Shown: positions 40,189 to 54,024 of the stretch, in pieces
Layout: every line of letters begins with the position of its first letter
How positions within the stretch are numbered: the stretch's first letter is position 1
NCBI GenBank assembly: GCA_964016885.1
Contig: OZ024743.1
Location: 59,768,001-59,832,000, forward strand
Source: Eledone cirrhosa
Lineage: Eukaryota
Length of the DNA: 64,000 nucleotides
Reading direction: 5' to 3'
Notes under the pieces: generated by a model
What the model was told of the DNA's origin: nothing
The model's input: only the letters and a program-made list of their open reading frames with translations
Database searches by the model: none
Translations under genes and position numbers: made by a program

Positions 40189-41383
40189 AAGATCAAAAGA
40201 TGGTTAAAGGAGTTCCATGTATTTTATTATGCGCATTTCAAAAACAAGCATCATCATGCAATAATATTTGTGTTTTCATCAGATAAAACAGGAGAACATG
40301 ATATGAAGGCTAAAAAACACTTGTGGATAGTGCAGTTTTAAATCAACATATGAAAAGTGGTTTTAGATTGATGTGTGATATTGGGAAAAATATTTTATTT
40401 AGAGAGGGGGGGGAGATTGAAAAAGGGGAGGAGATGAGAGGGAGAGATGGGTGATAGAGAGAAAGAGATAGTTTTTATAACTGAGAGGAGATATATTGTT
40501 TTACATAGAGAGGTTGAAAACCGTTGGAAGATAATGTATAAATTAAAAAAAATTTGAAAATTAACGAAAGGAGGATATGTGCGAGGAAAAAGTATTTTAT
40601 TTAGGGAGGGGGGGGGAGGATGAAAAAGGGGGAGGAGATGAGAGTGAAGGTGGAGAGGGAGAGATGGGTGATAGAGAGAAAGAGATAGTTTTTATAACTG
40701 AGAGAAAGATATATTGTTTTACATAGAGAGGTTGAGAACCGTTGGAAGATAATGTATAAATTAAAGGAATTTGAAAATTAACGAAGGGAATTTATGTATG
40801 AAGATAGAGAGAAGAAATAATAATTGTGGATGAATATTCTAACGTCAAAAAAGGGTATGTTGATAAGTATTGTGGCAATTTCAAAATTAAAGAAGAGAAA
40901 AATTATTAAGGTTTGTGTGTAGAAGGATTTGAGAAAAATAATGTGAAGTTAAAGTTTGTATATTGGAGGAATTGATAATATATGCGAATAAAGAGTTAAT
41001 ATGTATTAAGAATGAGTTCGTTGATGGGGAGAAAAAAATAATAAATTAAAGATGAAATTGAGATTAAAAAGATTTATGATAGAGAGAAAAAAATAATGAT
41101 TGCGGATGAATATTCTAACGTCAAAAAACAAATGTATATGTTATGCAGGATTTTACAAGGTGAAGATAGAATGAGGGTAATGAGTAAACAAGTATTATAG
41201 AGTGCATAATGCCCTTTAAAGTATGGTAGGAAGATGGGTATATTTTAAAGAGGTGTATGTATATGTGCCTTTGAGAAAAGATTCTAAATTGATAAAGAAT
41301 TGAATATTAACTGTATACTTTGTGAAAAGTTCTATGGAATTTATGCAGGCAGATAGAAAACAAATCTGTACGTTTATTTATTA
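40189..41383 (-). mobile_element. 5'-truncated Naiad-like PLE (family C)
   Basis: 41307-41383 encodes IINKRTDLFSICLHKFHRTFHKVYS*, homologous to the ORF end at 61649; long pyrimidine-rich UTR; terminal HHR. Confidence 0.8.
40220..40290 (-). ncRNA. type I hammerhead ribozyme (family C)
   Basis: tgttttat CTGATGA aaacacaa..ttgttttt GAAA tgcgca TA ataaaata. Confidence 0.85.
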
Positions 41384-41437
41384 TAGACGGGTCACAGCGG
41401 GGGAGAAAATAAGTGTAAATATGAGAATAAATATATA

Positions 41438-41515
<78 letters not shown>

Positions 41516-42131
41516 TAAAGTTAGTCCTTCATCAGTGATCTTCCAACCAACATTGGTATTTCATCGCTTTAAAGACCATATACCTCCGGTTGGTGCGAGC
41601 AACGGCTAAAAAAAGTCGTTAGGACACGTAAATAAAGGGGACACGAGAGTGTAAACAAACAAAGATGGTGAAGCAACGAAAAGTGAGGAAGAAGGAGTCA
41701 AGTCCGAAATTTCCATGAATATAAATTCGGTGAAATCGTGAACGAGAGAGAATAAACACCATTAAACCTGGTTGGCATGTGAGCAAGGAAGGAATTCCGT
41801 ACAGGTCTAACGGGAAGGAGAAGGGATCTAGTCTGTGAATTCGGTGAACGTAAGTTATGTGAAATCGTATAGGAGAGAGAGAAAAAAGCGACCTGCCTGA
41901 CCAAGGTTGCGAAAGAAAAGAATTACGCACAGGTCAAACGGGAAGAAGGAGGTGGAGGAGAGGTAGTAACAGAGAGTGAGTGAGTGAAGAGTGAGGAAGA
42001 GGCTAACAGAGAGAGTGACTGTTAGAGAGGGTAAAGATACAGAGAAAGAGGAAGCAGTAAGAACGACATAGACGGGTCACAGCGGGGGAGAAAATATGTG
42101 TAAATATGAGAATAAATATATATGTGTGTGT

Positions 42132-42205
<74 letters not shown>

Positions 42206-42264
42206 TGCTCTCCAGACTGGCGATCCATCACATATATAATGTTTATAGTCATCTGTGAGATGAT

Positions 42265-42303
<39 letters not shown>

Positions 42304-42312
<9 letters not shown>

Positions 42313-42921
42313 ATGCTTTGGGAGGGTCATGTTGCCAATAAGAAACACACGCATCAGACGCTTTCACTCCAATTTATTATAAATTTAAGAATCTATGAAT
42401 TTCCGGTTGGTTGGTTGGTTCCACAACCGGACGGTTGTTCATATATTGTCAAAGTTCTTTCATCACACATTCTGTGACCTCTTCAGTGACTGGCGATTAT
42501 TTTCTTTGTGTTGTGCTTCTCCTTTGTTCCGTCCTACGCCATCTTGTTTTTGTGTGTATTGTGTGCTTAGTTTGCTCATGTGTTACATCCGGGTGTCTGT
42601 GTGTGTTTTTATTTGTTTATTTATTTGTTTATTTACATGTTACTGGTTCGTTGTTTGTTCTATGTCTGTGTGTGTTTTCATTTTGTCATTAATTGTAAGT
42701 TGTGATGTTGCTGTTCCATTCATGTTTTCTATTTAATTTTGGTTGGAGTTAATATGTGTTCATTGCCTCTGATTTGTCTAAATATTGCGTCTTTTCTGTG
42801 TGTAGGATTTTATTGTTATTTCTATGTTCTCTTATTGGCAACATGACCCTCCCAAAGTATAACAATATCGGTTTCAACACACGTTTTCAGATAAAAATCT
42901 TGCTAAACAAATTCAGAAACG

Positions 42922-42925
<4 letters not shown>
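42304..42925 (-). mobile_element. family F PLE 3' fragment with inverted terminus (42828-42925)
   Basis: Homologous to 54087-54790; ends are reverse complements (tttgggagggtcatgttgccaataagaa). Confidence 0.8.
42448..42490 (-). ncRNA. minimal type I hammerhead (family F)
   Basis: gtca CTGAAGA g-gtcaca-gaatg-tgtgat GAAA gaac TT tgac. Confidence 0.65.
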
Positions 42926-42992
<67 letters not shown>

Positions 42993-43149
42993 CATCGGCC
43001 CTGATGTGCGTGTGGGAGTAAGTGGGTGTTGGGTTGCAATGGGAGGGCTACTTTCTGCGTATTTAAACACATATAGTAATGAGCTTGTGTGTGTGTGTCC
43101 GCACATGTGTCAGTATATGATTTGGACATTCAAAGACTAACGTTTATGT

Positions 43150-43432
43150 AAATAGAAAGCTGAATGGGAGGGTGACAAAATTGGCGTGGGGTTGTGGTGT
43201 GAGCAGGCAACGATGACCTAATATAAAGTCATCGCATCAGTAGTGACGATTCACATTTGACGTACTACAACCACCAAGTAAATGAATAAATTAATTCTTA
43301 AACTTCTTTTTTTCTTTTATGTACTTGGTGGCTGTAGTTCCTCAACTGTGAATCATCACTACTGATGCCATCACCATATACTGGGTCATCTTTGCGTGAC
43401 ACACCCCACATTCCCACGCTAATACGGTTACC
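43150..43432. repeat. diverged long inverted repeat
   Basis: gcatcagtagtgacgattcaca..ctacaaccaccaagta versus tacttggtggctgtag..tgtgaatcatcactactgatgc. Confidence 0.75.
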
Positions 43433-43695
43433 TTCGTCTCGTCGCCAAGATAGCAGCGCCATCATTTGATTATTTTGCGTAGGACCAGCAACCTACCCAG
43501 ACGAACCTTCAACCTGTTACCAATTCAAATAGAAGAAACGAAACTGCCCAACATCGGAACCGACGACATTATGCTCCTCACCAAAGAAAAATCGTCTTGC
43601 CATATCGAAAGTGCCGTTTCTCCTTTACCGCGGAGGAGCCACCCCCTCCCATTCTGGCTGCAATTAATTAATTACTGAGTGTGTATGATAGACTG

Positions 43696-43990
43696 AAACC
43701 CCTTTAAGTTGGTGCCCTAGCCTGATCAGAGTGTAATACATAACAACAGTAAATGACTAATATACTAAAATTCCTTTAAGTTGGTATCCCAGCCTGGCCA
43801 CAGCATAGATATAACAACAGTAAAAGACTAATATACTAAAATCCTTATAATGCGGTGAACCAGTCTGACCCAAGCATAATACATAGCAAGAGTAAAAGAC
43901 TAATATACTAAAATCCATTTAAAGTGGTGCCCCAGCCTGGGCACAGTGTAATACATAACAACAGTAAAAGACTAATATATCAAAATTCCT
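43696..43990 (+). repeat. minisatellite, 71-72 bp unit, about 4 copies
   Basis: taaaat at 43766, 43837 and 43909; unit contains ggtgccccagcctgg..aacagtaaaagactaa. Confidence 0.85.
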
Positions 43991-45382
43991 CAGAAAAGAC
44001 TATACTTCGACGTTTCATTGGCTATATTTATTTTTTTTCTTTTAACATTGCAAATACACGTTTTAGGATGATGTTTGTGCTATTGGCTTCTGTTTGGCAT
44101 CTCTCTTGTTTATAAAAATAAAACATGTCCTTGATAGAAAATAATTTCAAACAGATAATGTATTATATGCTGATGGGTTATATGTATGTATGTATGTATA
44201 TATGTACGTGTGTATGTATGTATGTATGTATGTGTCTCTATATGTATGTGTGTATGTATGTATTTATATTCTTCTAGTTTCATTATTTCATATATGTTTA
44301 CCAATAGAGAGAGGGGCGGTTTTTAACGTAGACACGAAACTCTTTCATTGGAATTTAGACAACATGAACTAGATAAATACGTATGTGTGTCTGCATGCGT
44401 GTGTGGACTTGTACAAGCACCAGGGAATGGAATGTTAGCACTCGACAACTGTCCTATTCGGTTCACCTTCTATATCTCTTCGATGTGCAGGAACAAATCT
44501 TATAATACATCATAATTGAAAAGGGGATATCCCGAAGGATGGCAAGGGAGAAGTGCAGAAAGTGCCATTCCAACACTTGTTATTTATACCTCTCCCGATC
44601 TCAGCAAATATTGAGATACTTTAGTGAATCAAGACTCCAAAATTTCAACTGTAATATGTTCAAAGATAAATACTATATGAAAGTGACCAATACTTCAACT
44701 GGTTGCAGAATTCAGCTAGTCGGATTCCTACATCATAGTCAATGTTTTAATTTGATGAGAACGTTTACGGCATAAGTAATCTTCCTTTATAGGCTAAAGT
44801 GCTACCCTAATTTAGTTTAGTATGCTGATATTGGTGTTGGCATCTGTTTTCGATATATCTATGTTGCCCAGGTGTGTGTTTTCTCGTTATTTACATTTTA
44901 TCATTAAGGTTAATCACTAGGTATGTTTGTCGTTAGGACATAGAAAGATCTATCGATTTTACAACTTCATCTGTTTCCAACTTTTAGATTATTTGCAGAT
45001 ATAGAACTTTTCTAAACATTGATTTTTTTTCTCATATTCACTTATCTCAGAATTTCAAGAAATTTATTGAAACTGCATCAACATCAACAACGGTACAAAC
45101 AACAACAAAAATATAACGATAATAGAAACTACTACAACTATAAAAGCAACATTAGATACGTAGCAGTAACAACAACACCAGCATCAAATACAACAAGAAG
45201 ACCAACAACAGTAACAATAACAGCAACAACATCAACAATATTAGCAACAGCATAAAAATACAACAGTAGCAAAAACAATGTCGCAAGCATCAACAGCAAC
45301 ATCACTAGTACTAACAATATCAACAGCAGTATCAACATCAGAAACAATAACATTAACGTCAAAAAACCTCGAAGCCAGCATC

Positions 45383-45725
45383 AATAATTGTTTCTACTTT
45401 AGGCACAAGGCCAGCAATTACCCAGTGCATTACTGGTACTTTATTTGATCGTCCCCGTAAGGATGAAAGGCAAAGTTAACCTCGGCGGGATAATAATAAT
45501 AATAATGGTTTCTCATATAGACACAAGGACAGCATTTTAGGGGGTGGGGAAAGTCGATTAAATCGACCCCAGTGCGTGACTGGTACGTTATTTTATTGAC
45601 CCCGATAAGCATAAAAGGCAAAGTTTACCGCCGCGGAATTTGAACTCAGATCATAAAGGGCCGTAACTCTATGCTGCAAAGCATGGTGTCCGATACCTGT
45701 ACCGATACTGCCAATCTACCGCCCT
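45383..45725 (-). mobile_element. two adjacent S1 SINE copies
   Basis: Body motif occurs twice, with a head at about 45720. Confidence 0.75.
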
Positions 45726-45834
45726 TCAATAGTAATAACAAACAATAATAATCATAACAAACAACATCTACAAATTAAACAACAAAACATGTAACAACGA
45801 CAGCTGTAAATACATTAGCAGCAGCCCCAACAAA

Positions 45835-46900
45835 GAATATTCCCGGCTGTCGTGCCCCAGTTGAGGCATAGATCAGGCATGTCAAACTGCGGCTCCCTCG
45901 AGGGCCACATAGGTCTCATAGGTGTTGCCTGATGGCCACACACAAATAATTGCGCACATTATAACAAATTTTACGAAGATAAAACATGCTCGCGTTGTAA
46001 AAAAACCTTTCAGTGAGTCGCAGGTATGCTTGTAAAGGACCGCATGGGGCTCGCATGCCGCATGTATGACATGCCTGGAATAGATGACTACCAGTATAAA
46101 AGCACCACCTTCGCTATTGTTTACACGCAGGACACCAGCCTACTCTGCGCGCCCACGCGATCTACTTTCCCGAATAACACTACCACCACGCCCCTCACAA
46201 TGGTTCAGTAAGCGATGCGTAGATCTCAAAGTCGTCTAAAATGTTGTTAGTGTGTGCATGCTACAAATTCTGGTATTGCTGATGACTACCACATCTATAG
46301 CTAGTGCGTTAATGCCCTTGAGCTTGAGCCTTGTTTCCATGACGACTCCAGGCCTACTACATTTATGCAACCTACTCTTAAAATGGCAATCTTAACCGGA
46401 AAGAGTGAAAACAAAAAAGGTGATTCAACTCCCATATTTGGTTATGGTACCTTTGGGAAACCCTTTAAGAGCATGCTCATGGCTTTTAGATTAGGCATTT
46501 CCACACCGTATGAGAAGTTCCCCCTAATAATTGTGTATGTTTCTAGAGAAAGGCACAGCACGTGAAGCATTTGGACACTTTAAAGGTGCTGGTTTCAAAA
46601 ATCAAACCCACTCTCTCAATATCCTCGCTTCGCGTTACGTGGACCATCAATTCTTCGTTGGCATTCCTCATTAGCATGTGGCTAATTCTGGTTGTGTTAG
46701 TATTGCTGGTGCTGGTGGTGAAAGCGGTGGATGTGGGCTTGTTGGGTTTAGTTGGGTTCGTCTTTATTTGCTGGGTTGTGTGGGCGGGGTTCCCTGTGTT
46801 TTCTAACATTTGTGTTGTTATGAAGGAAGATGAATGTTGTGGGTTTTGTGCTTTGCCTGAAACTAATCTCCCTATCCCGCCTCTCCGCATCACTTCCGCA
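45835..46900 (-). mobile_element. degenerate Tx1/L1-like LINE fragment (ORF1 end + APE N-terminus)
   Basis: Relics NVVGLESSWKQG, IDVVVISNTR, FEIYAS, NNSEGGAFILVVIY; continues across the MITE as IYASTGARQPG. Confidence 0.55.
45874..46077. mobile_element. hAT-type MITE
   Basis: TIRs caggcatgtcaaac / gtatgacatgcctg; 8-bp TSD gcatagat / gaatagat (7 of 8 match). Confidence 0.85.
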
Positions 46901-47796
46901 TCCTAATTGTTCTCCAAACTTCTGTCACACCGTGAGAACCTTTAATTGAGCTCTTCTAATATATAAATGACGTCCTCAGTTTTATCTCTATTGTATTCTA
47001 TTTTTATTTTCGGGGGAGTTCTGTGCGCTCCTAACCTAACAGTGCTGATATAAACCAGAAATAAATGTGCTGTATATTTGTATTTTGCGGTTCATGATCT
47101 TTGATATTTCTTGGTGTATTGTTATTCTAATACTTCCTTTCTGTGGCTTCCTTAACCACAGGGTTCATGTTGTTATTGGTCGTTCTGTTCCACTATGTCA
47201 TACGACGTCACATTTTTCTGACTATCTTGCATGAACTTTTGATGCCAAGGTCCTGGTTTTGGTTTTGATAGTGATATCGGAGGGGATATTTATTATTGCT
47301 TACTCGTATATCATTGTTTTCGTGGATATGTTGCTATTTCCAAACATAGAACTAAACTTTTCTTCGGAGTAAAAGAACATTCTTCTCCATCTCCTCTTGA
47401 CCTTTCATTATCTTTTGTGTTCACTCACACTGTTTCGTGTTAATCGTCTAATTGACGCCACTTTTTCTATCTTTATAATGTATTTGAGAAATGGTCAACA
47501 AAAATAAAAGTAGGAACAACTAGAGCAGTTAGTAAAAAATATTTTATCAAACTCATTCTGTTAGCTGTCATCTCGAAAATATAGCACATCATGAAATTTC
47601 TAGAAAAAGAATTCCCATTCGTATAAAAATAAATCAACAAGACTTGATCGTTACAGACAATTGAAATGACATTATCATGTCTTTAGTTTTGCCAGTCCCA
47701 TATATTAAATGCATCGAGGTGTTTGTTACGCAGGAAGTTACAGAATATATATCACTGAGTTGACCATAAATACATCCTGGTTGTAAATGTCCATGG

Positions 47797-47871
<75 letters not shown>

Positions 47872-48019
47872 AAATATATATATATATATGTAAAATATAT
47901 ATATATATATATGTAATATATATATATATATAAAATATATATATATATATGTAAAATATATATATATATACATGTAAAATATATATATTATATATATGTA
48001 AAATATATGTATATATATG

Positions 48020-48088
<69 letters not shown>

Positions 48089-48149
48089 ATATATATATAT
48101 ATGTAAAATATATATATATATATACTATATCAGACATATATATATATAA

Positions 48150-49839
48150 CACTATATCAGACAAAACGTTTGGCGCCCCTGATGTCTTAGCGGCAATAAA
48201 CGAAATTAAACACAATTCTGCAGTAGGCCCCGACAGGTTCCATGCTTGTGTCCTGAAGGTGTGTCGACACCAACTTGCAACTCCTCTTGCTAATCTGTGG
48301 AGGAACTCACTGGACACTGGCTATATTCCTAAAAACCTTCTGTCCCAGTCCGTTGTCCAAGTCTTCAAAAAGGGAAATACGTCCCTTGCAGTGAACTACC
48401 GTCCGATCTCACCCACCTCTCATATTATCAAGGTATTTGAGACGGTGGTGAGATCACGAATAACCCACTTTCTTGAAAACAACGGCCCGCTGAACGCCAA
48501 CCAACATGGGTTCCGTAATGGAAGGGACTGCCTAACGCAGCTCCTGCATCACTTTGAAGATGTTTTGAGAGCCTTGGGAGAGGGCTCCAACACTGATGTC
48601 ATCTACCTTGATTTCAGCAAGGCCTTCGACAGGGTTGATCATAAGATTCTACTGAAAAAACTATCCAATGTTGGTGTCTCTGGAAGGTTACTACAGTGGA
48701 TCAAATGTTTCCTGACAGGCAGAAACCAGCATGTTGTAGTCGAAGGAGTAGAATCAAGCCCTGCCAAAGTCCGCAGTTGTGTCCCATAAGGCACTGTGTT
48801 GGGCCCACTTCTTTTCCTCATCTACATTAATTACATTACTGACATCATCAAACACAGTAACATCAGAATCTTCGCAGAAGATTCCAAGCTCCAAAGGGTC
48901 ATCAATGAGGTGGGTGATCGGACTTGCCTTCAGGCAGACTTACTGGCTGTTATCCACTGGGCAGAGATGAATAATATGCTGTTGAATGGGGATAAATTTG
49001 AACTAAACCACTTTGGAAAAAAGGAAGCTCTGAAACTACCATACTCTCTTCCTTCGGGTAAAACTCTGGTGGCTTCCAATAACATCAGAGACCTGGGAGT
49101 AATTGTGGACAACAATATAAGCCGGGCCACTCATATAAACAGCTAAGTTGATATGGCCCGCAGAATGTTTTCCTGGATTCTCAGAACTTTCCAGACGAGA
49201 TATATCCACACTGTTGTCCTTCTCTTCTCCACTTTTGCCCGACCCCACCTTGAATACTGTTGTCCACTGTGGACACCCCTCACGAAACAAAGTATCATGA
49301 AAGTTGAAGCACCCAAAGGTCAATTACAAAAAAAAAAGTTGGTATGACAGGCCTTGACTATTGGGGTCGATTAGAAAAGCCCAAACTTTATTCTCTTCAA
49401 CGTCGCCGTGAGCGCTACATTATCTGTATGATGTGGAAAATATTCCATCGCTTAGCCCAAATGGTGTTGGCATCACCTTTAGTGTACACGCAAGGCTTGG
49501 GCCCCGTGCTATCCGCCCAGGACAAAAATCCCACTCGCATCACATAACAACAATACGGCACAATTATTTCACCTCAATTGACCGTGCACTATTTAACATT
49601 ACACCAAAACACATCAAAGCCGAGACAGACCCCATCAAGTTCAAGAAGTCTTTGGATAAATGCCTTCAAGAAATCCCGGATACGCCTCCTACACCCGGAT
49701 ATGCCACCGTAAACAATAACTCTCTGCTCGAGTGGGCCATGGTGCCCAAACACTGATTTGTAAGACTTCGCCAGGTGGTGCTATTAAGTTAGAGATGGCC
49801 TGGGCCAATACTGGCCGAAACCTATCAAAGTTATCAAAG

Positions 49840-49840
<1 letters not shown>
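48150..49840 (+). mobile_element. 5'-truncated CR1-group LINE (RT pseudogene)
   Basis: SAVGPD; NYRPISPTS; NQHGFR; YLDFSKAFDRVDH; [16 protein letters not shown]; IFAEDSKL; RPHLEYCCPLW; tandem tatcaaagt tail. Confidence 0.9.
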
Positions 49841-49874
<34 letters not shown>

Positions 49875-49876
49875 AA

Positions 49877-49932
<56 letters not shown>

Positions 49933-49935
<3 letters not shown>

Positions 49936-50184
49936 TGTAATAAACAACATAAGGCAATTATTCCATTTACCTGTGGTTTCTTAAAAGCAAAAGATTTTGC
50001 TTTCAATCCTCAGAATGAAAAGGATTTTTTTCATTCTGAGGATTGAAAGCAAAATCTTTTGCTTTTAAGAAACCACTGGTAAATAGAATAATTGCCTTAT
50101 GTTGTTTATTACATAATTATTAAGCTCTGTTACCTACATAGAGCACTCTTTTGTCCTGGACTTTCCGACGGAATTACTTCATTT
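49933..50184. mobile_element. fold-back element in (TA)n (palindrome 49933-50116 plus unpaired tail)
   Basis: Near-perfect arms of about 90 bp; right arm has GAAA gcaaaa-tc-ttttgc TT just after the central hairpin. Confidence 0.7.
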
Positions 50185-50199
50185 ATATATATATATATG

Positions 50200-50292
<93 letters not shown>

Positions 50293-50307
50293 GTATATAT
50301 ACATATA

Positions 50308-50428
<121 letters not shown>

Positions 50429-50461
50429 AATATACTTATATATATATATTTTTTTTCTATT

Positions 50462-53400
50462 CTGAGGCGGGTAAAATTCCCGAGATCCATGGACGAGTTT
50501 TCTCCAGCGGTTTCTGTCCCTCATTATCGCTGCCATGTCCTGCGTCTCCAACAGACCAGTGTCTGTCTTTAGGGCATCAACATACGTTAACCTTGGTCTT
50601 CCACTTCTAGTGTGTCCATGTAGGGGCTCCCACAGGAACATTGAGTGTAATGTAAACTCTGGATGTCGGTGAGCATGTCCAGCTAACCTCAGTCTCCTCT
50701 GTGTCACTTTTGACCTGACTTTTGGGATGCTCCCATACAGCTCTGAGTGTTTCATCCTCAGTGTATACTGATTAATGTTCAGAGCCATCCTCAGCATTCT
50801 CGTGTAGCACCCATCCACCATCTGAGTGAGTTTCTTGGTTAGTGTCCAAGTCTCAGACCCGTACAGCAGCACAGACTCCACTACAACAATGAAGAGGCGG
50901 ATTTTCAGGTCTTCACGAAGGTCCGACTTCCACACCGATCTCAAGCTGTGGCACGCCGCCCAGGCTTTGCCCTTCCTCTCAACCACATTATCTTCCGTAT
51001 TCCCAATCTTTGCTCCCAAATACAGGAAGGCCTCAACCAATTCTAGCGGCTTTCCGCCTACGTTAGTGATCCCCTTTGGCTTCTCAACATTCTCTACCAT
51101 ATATTTTGTTTTAGTCTCATTCATTCTCAGCCACACATTCATCGGCACAGTCTCAATCTCCCGCATCAAATCCTCTGCTTCCTTCACTGTATTTGTTACC
51201 AAAACTATGTCGTCGGCAAATTCAGCATCCGATACCTTTTTCGCCTTAACTCTCCTGCTCTGAGCCGGTGCTACAATAAAGCCAGAGTCCTGGTGTTTCT
51301 CCAGTACAAGGCGCATACAATAGTCCACTACGATGATAAAAAGGTAGGGAGCCAATGTATCTCCCTGGAGCACTCCAGCCAATATCTCTGCCATCCCATC
51401 AGATGTAATGACTTGGGCTTTGGTGTTGGTGTAGAGCAGTGATATCAGGTCCACTATCTTTTTGGAGATACCATAAGCCTGTAAGATCTTCATCAGGCAG
51501 TAACGGTCCACAGAATCAAAGAACTTCCTAAAGTCAATGAAAACCATGACCGCAGGAAGGCACTTTGCTCTAGCTCCCTCTAATATCCTCCTCAGCATCA
51601 GGATGTGACTGGTGGTTGATCTTCCCTCTCTGAAGCCGTTCTGTTTTTCTCTGAGCTTCTTCTCCATCTCAGGCTGGATCCTGTTAAGAATCATCTTGTT
51701 GAGGGTCTTTGCCACAAGTGACGTCAGTGAGATCCCCCTGTAGTTGTTGGTGTTAGAGAGATCTCGCTTCTTTGGCACTGGGACGATGTTACTGATCATC
51801 CACTGATTCGGGGCAACTCCTTTCTCCAGTGCCCGGTTACAGAACCCCAGGATGATATCATCAAAATCACACCTCTTCATCACCTCTGATGCCACTCCAT
51901 CCTCTCCATGAGCCTTGCCCTCCTTGATCTTCTTCTTGGCTCTCTGAAGCTCCTCTCTGGTGAAGGGCTCTATCTCAACATCCAGTTCCCCAAACAGCCG
52001 CCTGATCTCCCCAGTGCTCTGGGCTGTGGAGGGTGGCTCTCCTAGTAGAGTCCTAAAATGGTCTAGCCATTTCCTCTTCCTATCCTCGGGCTCCTTTCCC
52101 TGGATCTGACTCGAACACATTCTCTTCCTCCCTGTGATCTCGTTGCTGATCATCCAGCTCTCCTTACATCCAGACCTGCCAACCATTCTCCCACACTTCT
52201 GTCTTCTCTATCAGTGCCTCCTCTCTGACCTCAGTGTAAGCGGTACAGAGTTCTTCCTCATCACCTCCAGAGTCTCCATCCTCTCCTCCGTAGGATCAGC
52301 ATAGAATTGGTCCTTGGCAGCTTTCAGGTGTTCTCTGGCTGCACACACTTTTGGGTTTGCAGAGATGACGTGCTTCCTTTTGTTCTTTTTCCTCGGCACC
52401 AGGGTTTCACTTGCTTCCGCCACTGCATTGGCGAAGTGCCCGTACCTCCTCGTCACACTCTCCTCAGTCCATCCAATCTCTCTCTACTCTGACTCTCCAC
52501 ACAGAGCACTGAACCTGTTTCTCACTTCCACTGTGAACCTCTCCTGTAGCTTATCATCTTCCTTGAAAGCTCCCCATTCATAGATTGCTCTCCGGGGCCA
52601 AGCCTTGCTCTTTCTTAAGCTCACCCGGACCTCACTCATAACAAGCCGGTGGTCACTACCCAGTGTACTGAAATAGTTGTATGGTTCTGTGTTCAGAACA
52701 CTATTCCGTCACTTTTTCCTCACCAGAATGAAATCAATCTGGGACTTGAACAGGTGCATATCTGAGATGTAGGTAAACATCTTCCCCAGATTCTTCCTAA
52801 ACCTTAAGTTGGTCGCTATCACGTTCGCCTCCAGTAGGGTGTCTCTCAGTAGTCTTCCATTTCGGTTGGTGTTGTTATGGAAGTACCAGCAATGATCTTC
52901 ACTGCCCTCCTTACTCAGATGTGCATTGAAGTCCCCCAAAACAAGCAGGATATTGTGTGCCTGTATGGTGTTGACAGCTCTACACACCTCCTCATGGAAC
53001 TCTTCCGCACTCACATCACTGTCCCCATCGGTTGGATTATAGGCTGGGATGACTGTCAGTCTTGGGTTTCCATTGAAGGTCACCCTCAACACTCGCGGGG
53101 AGACAGGCATTATTTCCCTCACCAATAGATTGGTTTTTGCAATGAACACAAAACCCACTCCTCCTACTGCAGCATTTGTTGTGTTCTTCACTGCCGATGT
53201 AGTGATGAGCTGGCTCCTCTTCCCGATCATCACACTCCTCACGGGCTCATCGTGTATGATCCTGTGTTCTTGGATCGCAAGTATCTGTATACCACTCTCT
53301 TCGAACAGATGTCCCAACTCCTTTCTCTTCTCCAGCGTCCGAATAGTCCTCACATTCAAAGTGTCCATTTTGATGGCTCTTCTGCAGGACAAAACTGCAT

Positions 53401-53470
53401 TCTTTATATTTGTCTCATTCTTTATATTTGTCTCATTCTTTAATTTGTCTCATTCTTTATATTCGTCCTG
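50462..53470 (-). mobile_element. RTE-group LINE, near-complete APE + RT ORF with a few disruptions
   Basis: APE: TLNVRT, LAIQEHR, LGDFNAH, QIDFILV, SDHRLV. RT: [48 protein letters not shown]. Confidence 0.92.
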
Positions 53471-53630
53471 GGTATGACATTAAACTACATCCAGTGGCAA
53501 GGCTCCAGTTCGGGAGTTCAGGTGTTGTGGGGAATGTGGAGTTACACCTTAGTTGTCGTAACTCCCAGGTCTGCCCTGGCCCGGAGTAGTAGTACCTGTT
53601 ATGGCTCCATTTATGGGTTAAATAACTACC
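53467..53630 (+). mobile_element. SINE-like dispersed repeat fragment
   Basis: ggggaatgtggag..ctcccaggtc..cccggagtagtagtacctgtta resembles a common octopod repeat (recollection only). Confidence 0.4.
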
Positions 53631-53800
53631 TTATTCGAGTGGCGGAGGTAAGATTTGTCAACCATTGAAAAGAAATATGGAGAGTCGATCTAACAGCACT
53701 AGGGTTAGAGCCCCTAATTACACTGTCAAGGAGCAGTCTGGTCGTTATGACTCCGCTGGCTTAGACCCACAGAGAGGGTCAGCGGATGATGGATATATAT

Positions 53801-53837
<37 letters not shown>

Positions 53838-53870
53838 GTAATATATATATATATATAATATATATATATG

Positions 53871-53938
<68 letters not shown>

Positions 53939-53987
53939 GTAATATATATATATATATGTAATATATATATATATATATATATATATG

Positions 53988-54024
<37 letters not shown>

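Noticed and set aside
43696-43990. CRISPR-like regular repeat
   Set aside because: Whole units repeat with no unique spacers; eukaryotic context and no cas genes
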